Assembly: GCA_047602425.1 (NCBI GenBank) | Contig: JASGHG010000001.1 | Span: 2,016,001-2,080,000 of the forward strand | Direction of reading: 5' to 3' | DNA: 64,000 nt | DNA from: Nibricoccus sp. | GTDB taxonomy: Bacteria > Verrucomicrobiota > Verrucomicrobiia > Opitutales > Opitutaceae | Shown here: in pieces, positions 38,215 through 48,259 of the stretch | Layout: each line of letters opens with the position of its first letter | How positions within the stretch are numbered: position 1 is the stretch's first letter | Translations under genes and position numbers: made by a program | The notes under the pieces: model-generated | Database searches by the model: none | Told to the model about the DNA's origin: nothing | Seen by the model: the letters and a program-made list of their open reading frames with translations, nothing else

Positions 38215-40782
38215 ATGGCTAAGTCTTCGAGTTCAAACTCAAACAACAACCCCCTCAACCCTCCGCGCTATCCTCCGCGCTGGGCTATCGGAAGTGTCTG
38301 CTTTCTCATCGGCGTGCTGCTGACCGTGGCATTTGTCGATTTTTCTCCAGAACAAAGCCTCATGGTCTCGACCAATCCGACCCAGAAAAACCTCGTGGGT
38401 CGCTTCGGAGCGGAAATCTCGTGGTGGTCACTCCACATCGTCGGCATCAGCACCTGGCTGATCCCGGCGTTTCTGCTCTGGATGTCGTATGTCGCCGTGC
38501 GCAATGCTAAGCGTCTCGCCAATACTCGCATCATCGCGATGATTCTCTGCATCATCTCGCTGTCGGGCCTGGCGAGCATGGTCGATGGGTTCAAAAACAC
38601 CCAATATTTCTCCGCTGATCTCGGCGGCATCGTCGGCGGCCTGATCTACCACGATTTGCTCAAGGATATCCTTGGCCCGTTTGGTACCGGTCTTCTCTTG
38701 GGCATGATCTATGTCATCGGATTGATGTTCATTCTCACAAAAGACATCTCCGCCGAATTCGAAAAAATCGGCAGCGGCTTCGCCGAATGGCGCTCCCATC
38801 GTTCCGAGCGCAAGGCTGAGAAACAGGCCATCAAGCAGGAAACCAAAGAAGCCAAAAACCGCCAAAAGCATGCCTCCGTGCCCGTTGCGGTCGGCCCTCC
38901 TCCTGTCAACAAGCTCTCTATCGCCTCGCGCAATACCACCCCGCCCGTCGGCTCTTCCGACAGCAAATCGCCCAACACCTCCACCAAGAGCCCTCTTGCC
39001 ACCGCCGAATCGAAAAACCCTCTCGTAGAAACCAAAGCTTCCACGTCTGAGCCGAAAACCGCCGCTGCCACAACCGAGCCGGCCACCACAACTTCCAGCA
39101 CCCGCGGCGGAATCCGCACCGGCCAGGGCACCGTCAGTCCTTTCGGGGATGAAGCCCCGCTCGCCAACGCGTCAAAGAGTCCTTTCGCCGGCACCCCCGG
39201 TCGCATCGAGCTCAACATCGTCAAACCCGAGACAACCAAGAAGGCAGCCAAACCGGTCATCCCGGAAAGCGACGAGAAATACTTCTTCCCGCCCATAACC
39301 CTGCTCAAGGACCAAGTTAAGGGCGGCGTCGGCAATTCCGAGGACGAACACCGTCGCAATGCCGAAAACCTTCTCCGCATCCTCAGCGAATTTGGTGTGG
39401 AAGTTTCCCTCGGCGAAATCCATGTCGGACCGGTTATTACCCGCTACGAAGTCATTCCCGCGCCCGGCGTCCGCGTCGAAAAAATCGCCGGCCTCGACAA
39501 AAATATTGCCCTCGGCATGCGCGCCCAATCCGTGCGCATCCTCGCCCCCATCCCCGGTAAAGCCGCCGTCGGCGTCGAAGTCCCGAACCAACACCCCACA
39601 CCCGTTGGCCTCCGCGAAATCCTCGAATCTGAAGACTGGGTCAACGCCAAGGCCGAAATTCCCATTGCCCTCGGCAAGGACGTCTCCGGCGCTCCGCTCG
39701 TCTCCGATCTAACTAAAATGCCGCACTTGTTGATCGCAGGTGCCACCGGCTCCGGAAAATCCGTCTGCATCAACGCCATCATCGCTTCCATCCTTTATTC
39801 GAAGAGCCCCAAGGATGTTCGTCTCCTGATGGTCGATCCGAAGATTGTTGAACTTAAAATCTTCAACACCCTTCCCCACATGCTCATCCCGGTGGTGACC
39901 GAGCCCAAGAAAGTGCCCGGCGCGCTCAAATGGCTCCTCGCCGAGATGGAGCAACGCTACCAAATCTTCGCCAAAGTCGGCGTCCGCAACATCACCGCCT
40001 TCAACAATCGCAAGAAAGAAGCGGCCAAAGCCGAACCAAAACCGGCCGAAACACAGACCCCGCTTCCCGGGGTCACTCCTGATGCCGACGACACCATAGA
40101 AATTCCGCCGCGCCTGCCGTACATGATCGCCATCATCGACGAACTTGCCGATTTGATGATGGTTGCGCCCGCCGAGATCGAAACCTCGATCGCCCGTCTC
40201 GCCCAGCTCGCCCGCGCCGCCGGCATTCACCTCATCATCGCCACCCAACGCCCCTCGGTCAACGTCATCACCGGCGTCATCAAGGCCAACCTGCCTTCCC
40301 GCATCGCCTTCCAGGTCGCCTCGCAGGTCGACTCCCGAACCATCCTCGATACCAAGGGCGCCGACACACTCATTGGCCGTGGCGACATGCTCTTCTCGCC
40401 GCCAGGCTCCTCGCGCCTCGTGCGTGCCCAAGGCGCCTTCGTCTCCGATGACGAAATCCAATCCATCATCGAAGCCCTCAAGAAAAACGGCCCGCCGCAG
40501 TACGCGCAGGAAGTTCAAGCGCAGATCGATCGCGACCCCGAAGACGACGACAACGAAGACGGCGACGAGGAGGATATTGGCGACGACGACGAAATGCTGC
40601 AGGAGGCCATCGGCGTCCTCAAAGCCACCCGTCGCGCCTCGACCTCGATGCTTCAGCGACGCCTTCGCATTGGTTACAACCGCGCCGCGCGCATCATGGA
40701 GATCATGGAAGACCGCGGCATCGTTGGACCCGAAAACGGCGCCCAGCCTCGCGAAATCCTCAAGGACCTCGACGCCATGTAG
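38215..40782 (+). CDS. ftsK: DNA translocase FtsK
   Basis: 4TM N-terminus; GPVITRYE, MPHLLIAGATGSGKS, IIDELADLM, ATQRPS, gamma domain ASTSMLQRRLRIGYNRAAR. Confidence 0.97.
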   Translation: MAKSSSSNSNNNPLNPPRYPPRWAIGSVCFLIGVLLTVAFVDFSPEQSLMVSTNPTQKNLVGRFGAEISWWSLHIVGISTWLIPAFLLWMSYVAVRNAKRLANTRIIAMILCIISLSGLASMVDGFKNTQYFSADLGGIVGGLIYHDLLKDILGPFGTGLLLGMIYVIGLMFILTKDISAEFEKIGSGFAEWRSHRSERKAEKQAIKQETKEAKNRQKHASVPVAVGPPPVNKLSIASRNTTPPVGSSDSKSPNTSTKSPLATAESKNPLVETKASTSEPKTAAATTEPATTTSSTRGGIRTGQGTVSPFGDEAPLANASKSPFAGTPGRIELNIVKPETTKKAAKPVIPESDEKYFFPPITLLKDQVKGGVGNSEDEHRRNAENLLRILSEFGVEVSLGEIHVGPVITRYEVIPAPGVRVEKIAGLDKNIALGMRAQSVRILAPIPGKAAVGVEVPNQHPTPVGLREILESEDWVNAKAEIPIALGKDVSGAPLVSDLTKMPHLLIAGATGSGKSVCINAIIASILYSKSPKDVRLLMVDPKIVELKIFNTLPHMLIPVVTEPKKVPGALKWLLAEMEQRYQIFAKVGVRNITAFNNRKKEAAKAEPKPAETQTPLPGVTPDADDTIEIPPRLPYMIAIIDELADLMMVAPAEIETSIARLAQLARAAGIHLIIATQRPSVNVITGVIKANLPSRIAFQVASQVDSRTILDTKGADTLIGRGDMLFSPPGSSRLVRAQGAFVSDDEIQSIIEALKKNGPPQYAQEVQAQIDRDPEDDDNEDGDEEDIGDDDEMLQEAIGVLKATRRASTSMLQRRLRIGYNRAARIMEIMEDRGIVGPENGAQPREILKDLDAM

Positions 40783-40833
40783 GCATCCTCCCGCGGCCTT
40801 CTGTAGACGACGCGAGAAAACAGTTCGCTTTTC

Positions 40834-40866
40834 CTAGACGCACGCCTCCGCGTGCGTTTAGTTTTT
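40834..40866 (+). terminator. Probable intrinsic terminator after ftsK
   Basis: CTAGACGCACGC-CTCC-GCGTGCGTTTAG followed by TTTTT. Confidence 0.55.
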
Positions 40867-40935
40867 CCGCAGCAGAATTACCGCCACCGCACTTCCTGCT
40901 TCCCCTCTCACACCTTTTACCCTAACTGACTTTAC

Positions 40936-41763
40936 ATGCAATCGATCGGCGAACGCCTGGAAGAAGCACGCAAACGCAAAGGCCTGTCCATCCGCGAGGC
41001 CTCTGAAGCGACAAAAATTCGCAGCGACTACCTGCATAAATTCGAAAGCAACCAATTCGACATCAATCTTCCCGAAATTTACGTGAAGGGCTTCCTGCGC
41101 ACCTACGCCAATTTCCTCAAGGCGCCCTCGGAAAAAATCATCGCCGACTACGTCGGTCTCGGTCTCGGCGAAAACCGCAGCACCCGCCAGCTCAATCGCG
41201 AAGTCTACGGCCGTATGGATCTGTCCGTTGGTTCCAAAATGGACAAGGACACCAAGGAGAAGCCCGCGGCCGCCGCCGGCGTTGCCGAACCAGTTGCCAC
41301 CAACGAAGACGCCGCTCCGCGCAACCCCGCCACCTTCGTTCCGCCGCGCTCGGAGTCCGGCCGCCGAAACCCGCTCAATCTCGACCTCATCGTCAAAGGC
41401 GGCGGCCTCGTTCTCGGCTTGATTATCGTGATCATGCTCGGCATCTGGCTGTTCCGCGGCGGCAGCGGCACTCCCAAACCAACCAATACCTCCGCCACCA
41501 GCACCGATTCCATCTGGGTCCGGCCGCAAGCCGGGGAGTCCATTCTTCCCCTCGTCGCCGTCGGCCCGGTCTCAGTCACCGTCACCACGCAGAAAGACGG
41601 CATCACGCTTTTCCAAGGCACGATTCCCCGCGGCGACCGTCGAGACATTCCGTGGCGCGGCGCCCTCAAAATTGTTTCCGACCCAAGCCAGAACCTGATG
41701 GTCGAATTCAATGGCAAACAATTCGGCATGTCAGGCCGGGAAACCAACATCCGCCAACCATAA
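40936..41763 (+). CDS. rodZ: RodZ-like HTH membrane protein
   Basis: IGERL.EAR..KGLSI......TKIR..YL...E...F...P..YVKGFLR.YA..L; single TM; follows ftsK. Confidence 0.8.
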   Translation: MQSIGERLEEARKRKGLSIREASEATKIRSDYLHKFESNQFDINLPEIYVKGFLRTYANFLKAPSEKIIADYVGLGLGENRSTRQLNREVYGRMDLSVGSKMDKDTKEKPAAAAGVAEPVATNEDAAPRNPATFVPPRSESGRRNPLNLDLIVKGGGLVLGLIIVIMLGIWLFRGGSGTPKPTNTSATSTDSIWVRPQAGESILPLVAVGPVSVTVTTQKDGITLFQGTIPRGDRRDIPWRGALKIVSDPSQNLMVEFNGKQFGMSGRETNIRQP

Positions 41764-41792
41764 CGGGTATCTAAAAATCCCCTACAATTTCC

Positions 41793-41821
41793 AACCCGCG
41801 CCGCATGCGCGGGTTTTTTTT
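41793..41821 (+). terminator. Intrinsic terminator after rodZ
   Basis: AACCCGCGC-CGCAT-GCGCGGGTT followed by a T run. Confidence 0.8.
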
Positions 41822-41907
41822 ATTCAAACCTAACGCCTGAAGAGAAAGCGGGCCGAGTGGCTGAAAGGCACCACTGCAAAAAGGCCGCCTTTCACATTCG
41901 GAAGAAA

Positions 41908-42519
41908 CTACCGCAACGCCACCGGAGGGCCAAGTACCTCGCGCAACACAATCGCACGTCGCACCGAAGCCGGATTTCGCAAATCTGCCAGCAAACTGCC
42001 CCGCGCCGCCGTGTCGGACGACGCCATCGCCGCCGCCGTTTTTTCGGCAAAAGCCTCGGCCTTGCCAACCGTATGCCGGCGTTTCTCGTCCAGCTCGCGC
42101 AACTGCGCCGACAATCGTTGCTGCCGCTCCAAAACCGCCTGATCAAGCGCTGCCGCTTGCTCCTCGGCTGCGGCCTGTGCATAGGCATCCGGTTCCGCCG
42201 GCATGCGCGTCTGCACAGGAGCCGGTCCCGGCAAAACTTCTTCCCGATAACGCGGCTCAGGCATTGGCGGTGGCTGTGGTTTCGGAACAGCCCCGCCCGC
42301 CCGCTCAAGGATCTTGCGGCGAATTTCCTCTTGTATGCGGCGTACCCGCTCCGCCTCGTCGTCGACCGGCCTTTGCATCTGAACCGGCCGGGCCTGCTGA
42401 GCCTCAAGCTCCCGCATGGCCTCGGCTTCTTCCTTCGCCTTGCGGCGCTGGTTCAGCCAATAGGCGATCGCACCGCCCACCAGGACTACCAGCTGCATGT
42501 GCTCAAAGATCCAGTTCAT
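41908..42519 (-). CDS. Membrane-anchored coiled-coil protein, last gene of the floA operon (YqfB-like position)
   Basis: N-terminal TM; C-terminal RRAIVLREVLGPP.ALR. Confidence 0.65.
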   Translation of the reverse strand: MNWIFEHMQLVVLVGGAIAYWLNQRRKAKEEAEAMRELEAQQARPVQMQRPVDDEAERVRRIQEEIRRKILERAGGAVPKPQPPPMPEPRYREEVLPGPAPVQTRMPAEPDAYAQAAAEEQAAALDQAVLERQQRLSAQLRELDEKRRHTVGKAEAFAEKTAAAMASSDTAARGSLLADLRNPASVRRAIVLREVLGPPVALR

Positions 42520-42562
42520 CTCGGGAAGAAGCTTGTATCAAAATTACAACTACGTGGTGCGA

Positions 42563-43561
42563 TTACTTCTTGCCTTCAGGATGCGCGATCGAGCTGCGCA
42601 TCGACGTGTCCGACTGGATGTTTTCCATCTTGTAGTAATCCATCACACCGAGTCGGCCGTTGCGGAAAGCCTCGGCCATTGCCATCGGCACTTGCGCTTG
42701 CGCCTCGACCACCTTGGCCTGCATTTCCTGCACCTTGGCTTTCATTTCTTGTTCGAGGGCCACGGCGGCCGCGCGACGGATTTCCGCCTGAGCCTGGGCA
42801 ATGGATTTATTCGCCTCCGCCTGCGCTTCCTGCAACTTCGCGCCGACGTTCTCGCCGATGTCGACGTCCGCAATATCGATCGAGAGAATTTCGAATGCCG
42901 AGCCCACGTCGAGACCGCGCGCCAGCACCGTCTTGGAAATATTATCCGGCGCTTCCAGCACCTGTTTGTAGCTGTCGGCCGAACCAATCGTCGTAACAAT
43001 ACCTTCGCCTACACGCGCGATGATCGTATCTTCCTTGGCGCCGCCGACGAAACGATCTAGATGCGTGCGCACCGTTACCCGGGCCTTTACCTTCACCTGA
43101 ATGCCGTCTTTCGCCACACCGTCGATGGTGGTACGACCTTGTTCGGGATTCGGGCAATCGATCACCTTCGGATCCACCGAGGTGCGCACTGCCTCAACTA
43201 CAGATTTGTTCGACCCCTTCGTCGCAAGATCGATCGCACAGGCGCGATCCCAGTTGAGCTCGATGCCGGCCTTTTGTGCGGCCACCAGCGCCTGCACTGT
43301 CGGTACCACATTGCCACCGGCAAGATAATGCGCCGCGATGCGATCGGTCGAAACCTCAATCCCCGCCTTCACCGCCGTGATCCGCGCATCAACAACCAAT
43401 CCATAAGGGACACCGCCGAGCCGCATACCCACCAGATTCAACACGCTTACCGGCGCGCCGTTCAGACGAGCCTTCAGCCAGGTGCCAATGAACGAAATAA
43501 ACACGCCGAAAATAATCAGCGCAACCAGTACGATCGGTACAATGTATACGAGGGGATTCAT
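42563..43561 (-). CDS. floA: Flotillin-like protein FloA
   Basis: [56 protein letters not shown]. Confidence 0.92.
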   Translation of the reverse strand: MNPLVYIVPIVLVALIIFGVFISFIGTWLKARLNGAPVSVLNLVGMRLGGVPYGLVVDARITAVKAGIEVSTDRIAAHYLAGGNVVPTVQALVAAQKAGIELNWDRACAIDLATKGSNKSVVEAVRTSVDPKVIDCPNPEQGRTTIDGVAKDGIQVKVKARVTVRTHLDRFVGGAKEDTIIARVGEGIVTTIGSADSYKQVLEAPDNISKTVLARGLDVGSAFEILSIDIADVDIGENVGAKLQEAQAEANKSIAQAQAEIRRAAAVALEQEMKAKVQEMQAKVVEAQAQVPMAMAEAFRNGRLGVMDYYKMENIQSDTSMRSSIAHPEGKK

Positions 43562-43566
43562 AAGAT

Positions 43567-44034
43567 TCAGATTTTGGATACGATGAGACGAAAGTTGTCG
43601 ACGCCAACCACGGTCATCCGGTCGCCTTTGGCCGCGAGACCGGATCGGCAGAAAGCCTCGTAGCGCTTGCCTTCAATTTCGACATAACCGCTCGGCGCGA
43701 GCGTCGTCAGCGCCTCAGCAGTCTTTCCAACAACCGCCTCAGCCTGCGCCGGTGCGGGCTGGCTTTTGCCGTCCACTTTGGATTGCACCACCATTTCGCG
43801 CCCAAACCGCGATTTCGGCAGCCAGACCAATTCAATGTAAATGGTCAGGGAGAGCAGCAACACCGCCACGACCGTCGCACCGCCCGCAGCCGCGCCACCA
43901 AAACGCGCATATGCAAGCACGCAACCACCGAACATCGCCAAACCGCCAATAACGGCCATCACAAAACTCGAAACAAATACGTCAGCAGCCAGCAAAATCA
44001 CACCCGCCATGAACAGGATAAGGATTAAACTCAT
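43567..44034 (-). CDS. Short NfeD-family membrane protein (TMs plus OB fold)
   Basis: N-terminal TMs; VGK...A.T.L.PSG.V.I.GKRYEA. Confidence 0.82.
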   Translation of the reverse strand: MSLILILFMAGVILLAADVFVSSFVMAVIGGLAMFGGCVLAYARFGGAAAGGATVVAVLLLSLTIYIELVWLPKSRFGREMVVQSKVDGKSQPAPAQAEAVVGKTAEALTTLAPSGYVEIEGKRYEAFCRSGLAAKGDRMTVVGVDNFRLIVSKI

Positions 44035-45476
44035 GATTGGGCCTCCTCGACCTGGAGTTCGAAGCCCGAACGACCTGACACCACCACGGTCGTCCCGGAC
44101 GACACCGTCCGAAATGCAACACGGGCTTCATAACGTTTGCCTTCAACCTCCACCTGTCCCGTGGGTCGCAAATCCGTCACGGCCAGACCACGTTTGCCGA
44201 TCAACGAATCCACTTGCCCCGCCGCTTCGGGCGCGCCGCCAGCAACCTGGGCCGAGCCTCCAACCGTAGCGCCGACGACCAAACGGTCCCACACCCAGCC
44301 TTGCGGCAGATATTTGAGTAGCATGACCGCCAAAATCGCGGCGATCAGGATTCCCAATCCGAGATTCACCATCGGCTGCACCAGCATGTCACTGGACCAA
44401 GTAACCGATATCGGTTGGTTCGGCCAGAAATCGGCCATCGCCCAGACCAACGAGCCCGCCATCATCACTAGGCCCAGCACGCCGAGCACACCCGCGGTGT
44501 GAAAAAAGACCAGCTCCAGTGCCAGCAGGATAACTCCGAGCGCGAAGACTAAAATCGGTTCGTGCCCCGATAGCCCAGCAACGTAACTGCTCAGGAAAAC
44601 AACGCTGAATAACACGATCGCACTCACACCAAAAACCCCGAAACCCGGCGTTTTGAATTCGATAAAAAGCGCGAGCATCGCCAGCGCCAGCAGAACGGGC
44701 TTAACGGCATTTAAATACTGCGCCAGCTGTTCGGACCAAGTCACCTTGAAGGTCTTCTTCTCATAGTTGCCCGGTCCGAATTTCTGCGTGAGCAAATCGT
44801 CAATATCCTTGGCCGTTCCCGCGGCCAGCAAAGGTTGCGGCGGCTCCCCATATTGTTTCGAAGCCTCCGTCGCGGTGAGTGACAACAACTCGCCTTTGGC
44901 CTTCAGCACCTTGTCGCCAATTTTCAGCTCAAAGTCTTTGTCGATCATCGCCGAGACAACTTCACCACGATAACCTTTACCCTCGGTGATCGCGCGGATT
45001 TTCGCTTTGAGAAAACTATTGATCTTCAGACGCATCGTTTCCGGGATATCTTGCCCATCTGAGTTCACTGCAGCGGCTGCACCAATTACACCCCCGGGCG
45101 AAAACCAAATTTCTTCAGTCGCTGCGGAAATAAAAGCCCCTGCCGACATGGCCTCGTCGTTCACGTAGGTAATCGTTTTCCCGGAAAACTTGTTGAGCGC
45201 CTCCATCATTTCGAGTGCAGTGCCCGCGCTTCCACCCGGCGTCTTCATATCCAGCACCACCACATCCGCTCCCTCCTTCAATCCACGCCGCAATATATAA
45301 TGCACGGGTTCTGCAATATGGTCCCGCACCGGGATCACGATCACCGAAACTTTTTTTCCTTTTGAAGGAGCAATCTCCTTCGCTACCGGAGCGATCGCGT
45401 CGGCAGCCCGGCCTGCGAGTGCCAAGACTCCGACCAGCACGGACCATAGCAGCGCTTGAATGGGCGAACGAAGCAT
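44031..45476 (-). CDS. Long NfeD protein (ClpP-like S49 domain, TMs, OB fold)
   Basis: TPGG, A.SAGAFI, IGAAA, LLSLTA.EA, EFKTPGFG, G.A.TDLRP.G; start at ATG 45476. Confidence 0.85.
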   Translation of the reverse strand: MLRSPIQALLWSVLVGVLALAGRAADAIAPVAKEIAPSKGKKVSVIVIPVRDHIAEPVHYILRRGLKEGADVVVLDMKTPGGSAGTALEMMEALNKFSGKTITYVNDEAMSAGAFISAATEEIWFSPGGVIGAAAAVNSDGQDIPETMRLKINSFLKAKIRAITEGKGYRGEVVSAMIDKDFELKIGDKVLKAKGELLSLTATEASKQYGEPPQPLLAAGTAKDIDDLLTQKFGPGNYEKKTFKVTWSEQLAQYLNAVKPVLLALAMLALFIEFKTPGFGVFGVSAIVLFSVVFLSSYVAGLSGHEPILVFALGVILLALELVFFHTAGVLGVLGLVMMAGSLVWAMADFWPNQPISVTWSSDMLVQPMVNLGLGILIAAILAVMLLKYLPQGWVWDRLVVGATVGGSAQVAGGAPEAAGQVDSLIGKRGLAVTDLRPTGQVEVEGKRYEARVAFRTVSSGTTVVVSGRSGFELQVEEAQS

Positions 45477-45653
45477 GAGAGCCAAAAATTGACGCTTCGC
45501 CTCGTTGGATGCAAGCGCCAGTCCGCACCACACCCGTGGAAATCTGCCGCCTTGTTTCCACAGCGCCCTTCCCTCCAGCCGCAAGCGAACGGCATTATTT
45601 TTTATCTTCAAAAACGTTTTGCCTGCGCACCGTAACGGACTAACACCTGTCGC

Positions 45654-46577
45654 ATGGAAAAAGTTCCGTACCTCGATGCCGAAGTCTACCGCTGGGAAGT
45701 AGGCAGCTCGACCTTTCTGGCATCGCCCGAGCGCGGCGCACGGCTCATGCACTGGCACGTCACCCACGGCGACGGCTCCCTGCGCGAGGTAATCCACTGG
45801 CCAGAGCTAAAATCCATGGAAGAGTTCGTGAAGGCCCGCGGCGGCAATCCGGTGCTTTTTCCCTTCAATGGCCGCTGCTTCGACGGTTCTGACATTCATT
45901 TCTGGCGCGACCCTGCCGGGGAACGCCGGCCCATGCCGATGCATGGTTTGGCCCGCCAGGGAAAATTCGCGCCAACGCGGATCGACGCCCGCGGTTTCTC
46001 CGCCCAGTTTGTGCCCGACGCCTACGCCCGCTCTGCTTATCCCTACGAATACGAGTTTTCGGTCACCTACCGCTTCGAGGCGCTCAGCCTTTTTTGCGAA
46101 TATTCGCTGCGCAATCTTGACCGTCAGCCTATTCCGTGGAGCGCCGGTCATCATTTTTATTTCGCCGTACCGTGGCGCGATGGTCTCAAGCGCAGCGATT
46201 ATGCCATCCGCATTCCCTCAACTAAAACCTACCGCCAGGACCACGGCAATGGCCAGCTCACCCCTGGACCCGCCCTCCACCTTCAGGAGTCGCTCGACAG
46301 CCGTGCGCTCATCGACACGTTCCACCTCGGCCTGAAAAGCAACTCAGCGGTTTTTGGGCCCAAATCACTGCCCGGCGAGGTCACGGTCAAAATCGGCACC
46401 AATAAGATTCCGCATCCTGAAGCCACCATCGTGACTTGGAGCGCCGACGATTCCGTGCCCTACTATTGCGTGGAGCCTTGGATGGGACCCGCCAACGCTC
46501 CCTCGCACAAGATCGGCCTGCACACGGTTCCTCCCGGCCAAAGCCAGAGCTTCGTGGTCGAAATCCAAGTGAAATAA
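45654..46577 (+). CDS. Aldose 1-epimerase family protein
   Basis: RGGNPVLFPFNGR, HGLAR, GHHFYF, YCVEPWM. Confidence 0.85.
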   Translation: MEKVPYLDAEVYRWEVGSSTFLASPERGARLMHWHVTHGDGSLREVIHWPELKSMEEFVKARGGNPVLFPFNGRCFDGSDIHFWRDPAGERRPMPMHGLARQGKFAPTRIDARGFSAQFVPDAYARSAYPYEYEFSVTYRFEALSLFCEYSLRNLDRQPIPWSAGHHFYFAVPWRDGLKRSDYAIRIPSTKTYRQDHGNGQLTPGPALHLQESLDSRALIDTFHLGLKSNSAVFGPKSLPGEVTVKIGTNKIPHPEATIVTWSADDSVPYYCVEPWMGPANAPSHKIGLHTVPPGQSQSFVVEIQVK

Positions 46578-46623
46578 CGCTCCCGCTCGCCACGCGGCCG
46601 AAAGGCCGTCATGTTTTCAACCG

Positions 46624-46950
46624 ATGCCCAGCCACACCCATTTGTTCGCCTTTCTCGACGTCGGCGGTCCCGAGGTGTTGATGATCATGGCCCTCGTGCT
46701 TTTTCTTTTTGGCGGCAAAAAGCTGCCTGAATTCGCACGCGGTCTTGGCAAATCCATCCGTGAATTCAAAAAAGCCACCGCGGGCGTAGAGGACGAAATC
46801 AAGCGCGCCATCAACACAATCGAGGAGCCCGACGAACCAAAACCAAGCTCCACTCCTAAACTGCCGCCTGCACCGGCGCCATCTCCCGCGCAGAAAAACC
46901 CCTTTCTTCCTCCGCCTCCGCCGCCTCCCGAAAAACCGACGGAAACCTGA
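46624..46950 (+). CDS. tatA: Twin-arginine translocase TatA/E subunit
   Basis: GGPE...I....L.LFGGKKLPEFARGLGKSIREFKKA. Confidence 0.9.
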   Translation: MPSHTHLFAFLDVGGPEVLMIMALVLFLFGGKKLPEFARGLGKSIREFKKATAGVEDEIKRAINTIEEPDEPKPSSTPKLPPAPAPSPAQKNPFLPPPPPPPEKPTET

Positions 46951-46970
46951 AATTTGCGGAGGCTCCGACC

Positions 46971-47252
46971 ATGCCCGACGAGGACGCCGTGCACATCCCC
47001 ATTACCGGCGAACTCGATCTGCATACTTTTGCCCCGCACGAGACCAAAACCGTTTTGGACGCCTATTTCGAAGCCTGCCTCGCAAAAAACATTCAAAGCG
47101 TGCGCGTCATTCACGGCAAAGGCACAGGCACTCTCCGCGAAACGGTCCACGCTCACCTGCGCCGTTCGCCGCTCGTCGAGAGCTTCCGCCTTGGCGATGA
47201 AACCTCCGGCGGCTGGGGCGCAACGCTCGTCACACTTCGAAATATTAGCTGA
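46971..47252 (+). CDS. Stand-alone Smr-domain protein
   Basis: ELDLH.F, RVIHGKGTG.LR, GGWGAT.V.L. Confidence 0.9.
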   Translation: MPDEDAVHIPITGELDLHTFAPHETKTVLDAYFEACLAKNIQSVRVIHGKGTGTLRETVHAHLRRSPLVESFRLGDETSGGWGATLVTLRNIS

Positions 47253-47302
47253 CCGACGAGCGGAGGTTGCATCGGTGACCAATCTCGAAGAGCCTGCGGC
47301 AA

Positions 47303-47842
47303 ATGAGAAGCTACTTCAACAATGGTATATTGATCGCCGGTTGTAATGCACTCTTCACCCTCGCACTTTACTTGGGCGGATTCCAAACGGATCTGGCAAA
47401 AATCGAACTTAGCGCATCTCTTTCGCTCTCGTTTAGTGTTGCACTCACTACTGTCGTTTTAGTGCGCAGCGTACGTTCAAGACGCATCCTCACTCCGCCA
47501 ACCGACCCGTTTCCATTCGGGCTTGCATTAGGAATTGCGACAACGATTTCGCTCGTCTCAGCAATTTCTTGGGCAGTTTTTCAGTTTATCTATCTACGTT
47601 TTATCAACACGGATTACATCGCACAAGTGATCGAGGCAAAAGTGACAACGATGCAGGCCAATGGGAAATCTCCTGCTGAAATAGAGGTTGCCCGACAATC
47701 ATTGACTCTGACCCCGGCAGCCTACGTAGCGATCGAGTTTCTGCTCGGCACCGCCATTAACGTCATTATTTCCCTGATCATCGCTGCCGTCATGCGTCGG
47801 AAGGCTGTGGAAGATCTCCCGGCGTCGCCGTCAGGGCTTTAA
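47303..47842 (+). CDS. DUF4199-like four-TM membrane protein
   Basis: F.FG..L..A..IS......AVFQFIYLRFINTDY...; C-terminal ISLIIAAVMRRK. Confidence 0.7.
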   Translation: MRSYFNNGILIAGCNALFTLALYLGGFQTDLAKIELSASLSLSFSVALTTVVLVRSVRSRRILTPPTDPFPFGLALGIATTISLVSAISWAVFQFIYLRFINTDYIAQVIEAKVTTMQANGKSPAEIEVARQSLTLTPAAYVAIEFLLGTAINVIISLIIAAVMRRKAVEDLPASPSGL

Positions 47843-47901
47843 TTTCGAAATTCAAAGCGCCCCGCTTCAGTGTCGCCTAGCTCGATCCCTATAAATTAGA
47901 A

Positions 47902-47925
47902 GGGCCCCGGATTTCTCCGGGGCCC
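47902..47925. terminator. GC hairpin between convergent genes (probable bidirectional terminator)
   Basis: GGGCCCCGGA-TTTC-TCCGGGGCCC. Confidence 0.65.
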
Positions 47926-47965
47926 CGTTGTTTACTGGATTATAAACTAACGATTTCTCGCTAGC

Positions 47966-48151
47966 TTACTTGCCGAACACTCGCCCACTGAGTCGATAGT
48001 CGATGGCCGCGAAGGCCAGGAGAGCGCCAACGACCGCGAAGCCGACGACGCCTTCCACACCGACAACCGGAGTTTTAATCCCGGCGACCGCCGCCACGAC
48101 AGCCAGTAGACCGGCAGCGACAAGGGCGATAGTAGTGCGATATGTTTTCAT
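47966..48151 (-). CDS. 61-aa two-TM small membrane protein divergent from the LysR gene
   Basis: MKTYRTTIALVAAG...VGALLAFAAIDYR; AAAGGAAA RBS upstream. Confidence 0.65.
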   Translation of the reverse strand: MKTYRTTIALVAAGLLAVVAAVAGIKTPVVGVEGVVGFAVVGALLAFAAIDYRLSGRVFGK

Positions 48152-48222
48152 GTTATTTCCTTTATTTAAGTGTCCGATTTCTCGGACGCGGAGATAATAC
48201 CCTAGTAAAACCAATAGTTGAA

Positions 48223-48259
48223 ATAATTGGTTTCTATTGTATTCATAGGCGTATCCTAT
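48223..48259. promoter_or_regulatory. OxyR-type LysR operator
   Basis: ATAA-N7-CTAT-N7-ATAG-N7-CTAT, one mismatch from the ATAG-N7-CTAT-N7-ATAG-N7-CTAT pattern; overlaps the LysR start codon. Confidence 0.7.

Noticed and set aside
41845..41905. tRNA-like fragment GGCCGAGTGGCTGAAAGGCA...CTGCAAA (resembles a D-arm and a GCA anticodon loop)
   Set aside because: No proper anticodon stem, T-arm (GTTCRA) or acceptor stem; equally explained by the TGAAAGGC/GCCTTTCA hairpin between convergent genes
45477..45797. 107-aa N-terminal extension of the long NfeD ORF overlapping the aldose epimerase gene
   Set aside because: The signal peptide begins at ATG 45476; the extension is an ORF-caller artefact across the divergent promoter
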